Source of the DNA: an uncultured Verrucomicrobiota bacterium
GTDB lineage: Bacteria > Verrucomicrobiota > Verrucomicrobiia > Palsa-1439
NCBI GenBank assembly: GCA_964541945.1
Contig: CAZISE010000012.1
Location: 10,464-34,463, forward strand
Length of the DNA: 24,000 bases
Direction: 5' to 3'
This document shows, piece by piece, positions 16,029-24,000 of this stretch (positions are counted from its first letter, which is position 1; each line of letters opens with the position of its first letter). Under the pieces are notes generated by a model that searched no databases, had not been told where the DNA came from, and was given only the letters and a program-made list of their open reading frames with translations. The translations under genes were made by a program, and so were the position numbers.

Positions 16029-17136
16029 CACGCTTCGTGCCGAGCTGGAACGGCTTCGCGCCGACGGCCTCTACCGCCAACTCCGAATCCTCTCCACGGC
16101 GCAAGGGCCGCGCATCACGCTCGAAGGCCGGGAGTTCCTTAATTTCTCCAGCAACGATTATCTCGGCCTCGCCAACGATCCCACCCTGCGACATGCCGCG
16201 GCAGACGCGATCGAACGTTGGGGCGTCGGCGCCGGCGCCTCCCGCCTGGTCTGCGGCAATCTCGCGCCCTACGATGAACTGGAACGAAAACTGGCCACCT
16301 TCAAGGGCAGGGAGGCCGCGCTGGTTTTTAGCAGCGGATACACCGCCAATGTCGGCACCATCACCGCGCTGGTCGGCGAGGCCGACGTGGTGATTCTGGA
16401 CAAGCTCGACCACGCCAGCATCATTGACGGCGCCCGCCAAAGCGGCGCCACCCTCCGCGTCTATCCCCACAAAAACCTCAAAAAACTGGAGGAAATCCTC
16501 CGACAATCGCAAAAGTTTCGCCGCCGCCTGATTGTGACCGAAACCGTCTTCTCCATGGACGGCGACACGGCGCCGCTGCCGGAGATTGTGGCACTCAAAG
16601 AAAAATACAACGCCTGGTTGATGCTCGACGAGGCCCACGCCACCGGCGTGTTCGGCCCACGCCGTCGCGGCCTGGCCGAACAACAGGGCGTGGAGGACAA
16701 GGTGGACATTACCTTGGGAACGCTGAGCAAGGCGTTGGGTTGCGTCGGCGGGTTCATCGTCGGCGACCGCGAATTGATCGAGTTCCTCCGCAATCGCGCC
16801 CGCAGCCTCATTTATTCAACGGCATTGCCTCCCGCCCTGTGCGCGGCGGCGGTCACAGCCTTGGACCTGGTGATGAGCGACGAAGGCGCCCATCGTCGCG
16901 ACCGCCTCTGGGAAAACGTCCGCGCCCTGGGCGCGCAAAGCCCGATTCATCCCGTGATCGTCGGCGACGAGGCGGCGGCCGTCGCGCTGGCGCAAACACT
17001 GGCGGAGCGCGGCTTCTTCGTGCCTGCCATCCGCTACCCGACCGTGCCCAAGGGACGAGCGCGCCTGCGCGTCACCGTGAGCGCGGCGCATACTGGACAA
17101 GACATCGAACGACTTCGACATGAACTCTCTCGCTGA
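16012..17136 (+). CDS. bioF: 8-amino-7-oxononanoate synthase
   Basis: Contains LERLRADGLYRQLR, NFSSNDYLGLANDP, DEAHATGVFG and the PLP-lysine context GTLSKALG. Confidence 0.93.
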   Translation: MPALRDTLRAELERLRADGLYRQLRILSTAQGPRITLEGREFLNFSSNDYLGLANDPTLRHAAADAIERWGVGAGASRLVCGNLAPYDELERKLATFKGREAALVFSSGYTANVGTITALVGEADVVILDKLDHASIIDGARQSGATLRVYPHKNLKKLEEILRQSQKFRRRLIVTETVFSMDGDTAPLPEIVALKEKYNAWLMLDEAHATGVFGPRRRGLAEQQGVEDKVDITLGTLSKALGCVGGFIVGDRELIEFLRNRARSLIYSTALPPALCAAAVTALDLVMSDEGAHRRDRLWENVRALGAQSPIHPVIVGDEAAAVALAQTLAERGFFVPAIRYPTVPKGRARLRVTVSAAHTGQDIERLRHELSR

Positions 17137-18361
17137 CAAAGATCATCGTTACCTCTGGCATCCGTTCACCCAGATGAAAGACTGGCTCGCGGAAGAGCCG
17201 ATCATTATCGCCTCGGCGGAAGGTGCCCTGCTGCGCGACACGGAAGGACGCGAGTACCTCGACGGCAATTCCTCGATCTGGACCAACCTCCACGGCCATC
17301 GCCACCCGAAGATCACCGCGGCGATCCGACAACAACTCGACCAAATCGCCCACTCCTCCTTTCTTGGCCTGTCCAACGTCCCCGCCATCGAACTGGCCGA
17401 GAAACTCTGCCGCCTCAGCGGAATGGATCGCGTGTTCTACTCCGACGACGGCTCAACGGCGGTAGAGGCCGCCATCAAAATGGCGCTTCAATACTGGCAG
17501 CACCGGGGACAACGGCAACGCACCAAGTTCATCGCCTTTGCCGACGCCTATCACGGTGACACGCTCGGCGCGGTGAGCGTGGGCGGTATTGATCTGTTTC
17601 ACGCGGCGTTCAAACCGTTGTTGTTCGATGTCATCCGCGTCGCCCGCCTCTCGGAACTGCCCCGCGGCAACGAGGTGGCGGCGGTTGTCATTGAGCCGCT
17701 GATTCAGGGTGCGGCCGGCATGAAGCTCTGGCCGCGCGGAATGCTGCGCCAGTTACGGGCCTGGTGCGACCAAAGCGGCGCCCTGTTGATTGCCGACGAG
17801 GTAATGACCGGTTTCGGGCGGACGGGAACCATGTTTGCCTGCGAACAGGAGGGGGTGCGCCCCGACCTGATGGCGGTTGCCAAAGGACTGACCGGCGGTT
17901 ACCTGCCGCTGGCGGCCACGCTGACGACGGAAGAGATTTTCGAGGCGTTTCTGGGCGAGTACGCGGAGTTCAAGACCTTCTTTCACGGCCACAGTTATAC
18001 CGGCAACCAGCTCGGCTGCGCGGCGGCACTGGCGAACCTGGAAGTGTTCGAGCAGGAGCGGACGCTGGAACGGTTGTCGGCGCTTTGCGCCCAGATGTCG
18101 GCAGGGCTGCAACGCTGTCGCGATCTGGCGTCGGTGCGGGAGGTGCGTCAGTGCGGGTTTATTGGCGCTGTGGAAATCGGGCCGTATCCGTTGGAAGCGA
18201 AAATGGGAATCAACGTCTGCGCCGAAATGCGCCGCCGCGGCGTGCTCACCCGTCCCATTGGCAACGTCATTGTCCTGATGCCGCCGTACTGTGTGTCGGC
18301 GGAACAGTTGGAACAGATGCTGCAGGTGTTGAAGGACTCGATTCGCGTCGTGTGCGGCTAA
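17120..18361 (+). CDS. bioA: Adenosylmethionine-8-amino-7-oxononanoate aminotransferase
   Basis: Contains DKDHRYLWHPFTQMKDW, LIADEVMTGFGRTG, the PLP-lysine context AVAKGLTGGYLPL, and FHGHSYTGN. Confidence 0.95.
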   Translation: MNSLADKDHRYLWHPFTQMKDWLAEEPIIIASAEGALLRDTEGREYLDGNSSIWTNLHGHRHPKITAAIRQQLDQIAHSSFLGLSNVPAIELAEKLCRLSGMDRVFYSDDGSTAVEAAIKMALQYWQHRGQRQRTKFIAFADAYHGDTLGAVSVGGIDLFHAAFKPLLFDVIRVARLSELPRGNEVAAVVIEPLIQGAAGMKLWPRGMLRQLRAWCDQSGALLIADEVMTGFGRTGTMFACEQEGVRPDLMAVAKGLTGGYLPLAATLTTEEIFEAFLGEYAEFKTFFHGHSYTGNQLGCAAALANLEVFEQERTLERLSALCAQMSAGLQRCRDLASVREVRQCGFIGAVEIGPYPLEAKMGINVCAEMRRRGVLTRPIGNVIVLMPPYCVSAEQLEQMLQVLKDSIRVVCG

Positions 18362-18729
18362 TCCCAGCCCAACTCGGCGAGACGTTCTTCATCAATCCCG
18401 AAATGGTGCGCGACCTCGTGAATCACGGTGCGGGCCACCTCATGGCGGAGTTCGTCCTCGTCATCGAAATCCTCCAACAACGGCCGACGATAGATGATGA
18501 TGCGGTCGGGAAACGCGCCATACTCCGTGGAGCGTTCCGTCAGAGGCACTCCCTCGTACAAGCCGTAAATGGTTTCATCTGGTGGAACGCCGAGGCTGTC
18601 GAGCAACTCATCACTCGGTTGGTCCTCGATGACGACCTGAACATTGTTGATGAGCCGCCGCAGATCGGCGGGAATCCGTTTCAAACCCTCATCCACCAGT
18701 TTCTCAAATTGGGCTGCCGAAAGACGCAT
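18358..18729 (-). CDS. Small zinc metallopeptidase family protein (COG3824-like, HExxH)
   Basis: Has the C-terminal zinc motif VIHEVAHHFGIDEE and a family-typical N-terminus from the ATG at 18729 (MRLSAAQFEKLVDEGL). The listed ORF starts at a TTG at 18756, which is the alternative start. Confidence 0.83.
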   Translation of the reverse strand: MRLSAAQFEKLVDEGLKRIPADLRRLINNVQVVIEDQPSDELLDSLGVPPDETIYGLYEGVPLTERSTEYGAFPDRIIIYRRPLLEDFDDEDELRHEVARTVIHEVAHHFGIDEERLAELGWD

Positions 18730-18805
18730 GACGCCAGTGTAGGGCGACCCCGCCAAAAGGCAAGCAGCGGCGTTTGACAGGCTGGGGAGGCGCTGTTAGT
18801 CTGCA

Positions 18806-20832
<2,027 letters not shown>

Positions 20833-21677
20833 ATCCCGCCACACCGAAACTCAGACCGCTCATCTCCAGAAAACGATGACGAAACTCCAGGTCGCGGGCG
20901 ACACAAATGTAGTAGTTGAAACCCGCAATAATGAGGACAGCCACGGCCAGGGTACAGGCCAGACAGAGATAGTAGTTGGCGAAAATCAGGTACGGTGTGA
21001 TCAACAAAGCCACCGTAATCAGGTAGGCAATGCCGGTATAAACGGAGGCTTTGAGCGGGTTCTTGGTGTGCCCTTCCTCGGAACGAGCGGAAAGATACGA
21101 CGACGAAGCCATGGACATCGCGGCGGCCACCCCGGTGATAAGACCGGTCATGGCAATCAACCGCGTGTTCTGCAACGCCAACGTCAGCCCCGCCAACGCG
21201 CCGGTCAGTTCCACAAGCGCATCGTTGAGACCCAGCACCATTGAGCCGGTGTACTGGAGACGCTCCTCATCCAACATCCCGATCAGAGACTGCTCATGAC
21301 TGTCTTCCTCGCGGGCAACCTGTTCGGCTTCGGGAATAACAGCAGCCAACCGCGCGTAGGCGGCCTCGGCCCGTTGTTCGCCGCGTTCCATGAGCTTGAT
21401 ACTGAATGTCAGCCCCAACACTCGCCCCATCCAGTAATAAAGAAAAACAGCCAATTTGCGCGGCGCAACCTCTTGCCCGCTGTAGCCAGCCCATAACCGG
21501 GCATGACGCCGCTCATCCTCGGCAATCCGCTCCAGAACCCGACGATTCTCTCCCTCCGGCAATGTCTCCGCCAACCGGCGATACACATGATATTCCGTGA
21601 TCTCATTGCATTGTAACTGCGCCAATAACAAGCGCGTTTCAGCAGACAAATTCATGGACCTACGTTTAGCCCGTTTT

Positions 21678-22589
21678 TCATGCCTTGTCGAGCCGTCGCA
21701 ACCCGGCCCGATGCGCCGCCGCCACGGCCTCCGCAAACTCACTCGCCGTGATCCGCCGATTCAGTTCCCAATACCGAAACGCCTCGCCCGCCGGGTGATA
21801 TTGCGCCATCACATTGCAATAGGTGTCGGGCGACAGTTCAGTGGCCAGCCAACGCGCAACCTCGGCGGTGCCGGCCAGCCCGTTCGGCATCACCAAATGA
21901 CGAACCAGCAGCCCCCGACTGCCCAACCCCTCCTCGTCAAATTCCAAATCACCCACCTGACGATACATCTCCCGAATGGCGGCTCGGGCAACCTGCGGAT
22001 AGTCGGACGCGCTCGTCAACCGCGCCGCCACGGCGTCATCCCAAAACTTGAAGTCGGGCATGTAGATATCCACCACACCGTCCAGCCAACGCAATGTCTC
22101 CACGGAATCATAACCGCCGCTGTTATAGACAATGGGTAACCGCAACCCCCGATCAGCCGCCAACGCGAGCGCCTCCAAACATTGAGCAACCACATGAGTC
22201 GGAGTTACCCAGTTGATATTGTGACAACCCATCTGTTGAAGTTCCAACATGATCTCGGCAAGGCGATCGGATGAAACGATTTCACCCGTGGTCTCGTGGC
22301 TGATGTCCCAGTTCTGACAGAATACACAGCGCAAATTGCAACCACTGAAGAAAATCGTCCCAGACCCGCGCCAACCTCGCAGACAATCCTCCTCGCCATG
22401 ATGCGGACCGTAACTGGCCACGCAGGCGCGCCGTCCGATGCCGCAAATACCGAGCTGTCCGCCGAGCCGATCCACCCGACACTGGTGCGGGCAAAGACGA
22501 CAACAGGCGAGCATCGCCACGGCCTGATCGGCGCGCCGTTGCAATTCACCACTGGCCGCCAGAGCGACATATCCGGGATTTTTCTTCAT
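21678..22589 (-). CDS. Radical SAM protein, PflX-like (COG1313; homolog of pyruvate formate-lyase activating enzymes)
   Basis: Has the radical SAM CX3CX2C motif GCNLRCVFCQNW, an N-terminal Cys cluster CRLCPHQCRV...GICG, and the family-typical NVMAQYHPAGEA. An alternative in-frame ATG at 22610 would add 7 residues. Confidence 0.87.
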   Translation of the reverse strand: MKKNPGYVALAASGELQRRADQAVAMLACCRLCPHQCRVDRLGGQLGICGIGRRACVASYGPHHGEEDCLRGWRGSGTIFFSGCNLRCVFCQNWDISHETTGEIVSSDRLAEIMLELQQMGCHNINWVTPTHVVAQCLEALALAADRGLRLPIVYNSGGYDSVETLRWLDGVVDIYMPDFKFWDDAVAARLTSASDYPQVARAAIREMYRQVGDLEFDEEGLGSRGLLVRHLVMPNGLAGTAEVARWLATELSPDTYCNVMAQYHPAGEAFRYWELNRRITASEFAEAVAAAHRAGLRRLDKA

Positions 22590-23005
22590 GGTGGCAATAT
22601 ACACCCACATCGCCGCGAACGACTTCCACCTCGCGCAACTGCCGCTGTTCTCCCTTCCACTGTTTTGTCATAAGTACAACAACAAGCCCGGCCAATCTGC
22701 TGCCCGATAACCAACGGAACAACAAAAACATTCGTCGCCCCCGGTTCGCGCCAGAGAGACGGGCGTTCAGTTCGGTGAACAATAAACACGGCGCAACCGC
22801 CTCACCCCGTGACGCTCAGCGACAAACGCTCCGCACACCCGCCAGCGCCTCAAAGCGTCACGCATCCTCCCCTTTCTCATGGGTTCCATCATAATAACGC
22901 GGCATCTGTAGCATAATTGTGGCAGAAGACACCGCGGCAGCAGGTTCAAAAGAGAGCCGGTCAGAAAGAGGTTGCTTCCGGTAAACGGTTTTTGAAAATG
23001 ACCCC

Positions 23006-24000
23006 ATGAAACGGTTCTTGTCGCCCTGGTGCCTGGTGGCAACACTGCTGATGGTGATGACGGCGTTGATGCTGGGGCCGCTGTGCGAGGAAAGCGCGAC
23101 AGTGGACGAGGCGTTGTACGTGGCGGCGGGCTATCTCTATTGCACGGGACACGGCTATGACTTTAATCCTGAACATCCGCCGCTGGCATTGATGGCGTCG
23201 GGCCTGCCATTGTTGTGGTTGAAGGTGAATGTGCCCGATTTCCTCCAACAACTGGCCAACTTGCAACTCGCTGCGCCACGGGCGCGTCCGTGGAAAGGAT
23301 GGGAGTCGGGTCGGGCGGAGGAAATTTATCCGGGTGGTCGCCGCAGTTGGTATTACTGGCCGTATTGGGAGGCAGGCATTTTTGGGCAGGAATTCGTGTA
23401 CGGCGGTTGGAACGACGCCGAGTTGTTGTTGTGGACCGCGCGCGGTGCGCAGGTGGCGCTGACACTGTTGGTCGGGCTAGCAATCGCGTTGTGGCTGTGG
23501 AAACTGGCCGGCAGGGAGGCGGCGGTCTTGGGGACGGCATTGTGGGTGTTCAATCCCATGGCGCTTGCCTACGGTCACCTTGTGTTGACCGACATGGGGG
23601 TGGCATTGGGAATGACGCTGGCGGTGTGGGCGTTTAGCGAATTTCTGGAGCGGCCATCATGGCGGATGTCATTGGTGGCGGGCGCGGCAACGGGCGTGGC
23701 GCTGGCGATGAAATTTTCGGCGATCCTGTTGGTGCCGATTGATCTGGCGCTCATTGTTGTGTTTTTTTGGACACGGCGGGAGGCGGGCCGGTTTTGGAAA
23801 TGGCTGCCGTTGGTGGCGGTGGGCGCATGGGCAGTGGTGATGTTGGTGTATGCGCCGCATTGGAAACCGGCGCCGCCGTTGACGGCGGCGGAAGCGGCGC
23901 GGATTGGCGTGCCGGGTTGGTTTCAGAAACTGCGTCCAGTGCTGATTCCGCCGGGGTTCTTCAAGGGAATCGCCATGCAGGCTCATCATGCTGCCTACGG
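23006..24000 (+). CDS. GT39/ArnT-like (PMT family) polyprenyl-phosphate-dependent glycosyltransferase, 3'-truncated by the window edge
   Basis: It is absent from the supplied track because it has no stop in the window. My manual translation from the ATG at 23006 is open to base 24000 (331 codons). It begins MKRFLSPWCLVATLLMVM..., has the first-loop acidic motif TVDEALYVAAGY, then NPEHPPL and many transmembrane spans. Confidence 0.8.
   Translation, partial: MKRFLSPWCLVATLLMVMTALMLGPLCEESATVDEALYVAAGYLYCTGHGYDFNPEHPPLALMASGLPLLWLKVNVPDFLQQLANLQLAAPRARPWKGWESGRAEEIYPGGRRSWYYWPYWEAGIFGQEFVYGGWNDAELLLWTARGAQVALTLLVGLAIALWLWKLAGREAAVLGTALWVFNPMALAYGHLVLTDMGVALGMTLAVWAFSEFLERPSWRMSLVAGAATGVALAMKFSAILLVPIDLALIVVFFWTRREAGRFWKWLPLVAVGAWAVVMLVYAPHWKPAPPLTAAEAARIGVPGWFQKLRPVLIPPGFFKGIAMQAHHAAY

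Noticed and set aside
22963-23000. The small hairpin CCG-gtaaa-CGG followed by TTTTT, as a possible intrinsic terminator before the GT39 gene.
   Set aside because: The stem is only 3 bp and no upstream + strand gene needs terminating there.

Overview
This is a high-GC, very gene-dense bacterial core-chromosome window. A Verrucomicrobiota/PVC-type origin is a low-confidence guess from protein style. I support 25 protein-coding genes, 22 of them on the + strand. They form two long trains in which many junctions are 4-nt start/stop overlaps (ATGA or GTGA). The content is mainly housekeeping: pheS and pheT (unusually separated by three genes), rarA, 5-formyl-THF cyclo-ligase, RNase Y plus YmdB, bioF-bioA, and thiC behind a clear TPP riboswitch. 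Also present are an ABC-2 transporter pair, GT9 and GT39 envelope glycosyltransferases, rubrerythrin, a ferritin-like/VIT1 iron transporter and a PflX-like radical SAM enzyme. I found no tRNA, rRNA, CRISPR array, transposase, integrase or recognisable defence system, and I do not claim a novel multi-gene system. Four things deserve a second look. (1) A hairpin-rich non-coding island of about 340 nt between pheT and rarA, closed by nested long-range complementarity, is a candidate structured RNA. (2) Two in-frame degenerate heptanucleotide arrays of the same unit (ATYTCAA) sit in adjacent genes (GT9 linker and pheS). (3) A YkgJ-type cysteine-cluster gene is translationally coupled to thiC under the TPP riboswitch. 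(4) A GNAT acetyltransferase carries a 39-residue Arg/Lys tail. All coordinates and pairings were worked out by hand from the sequence. No database search or folding program was run.
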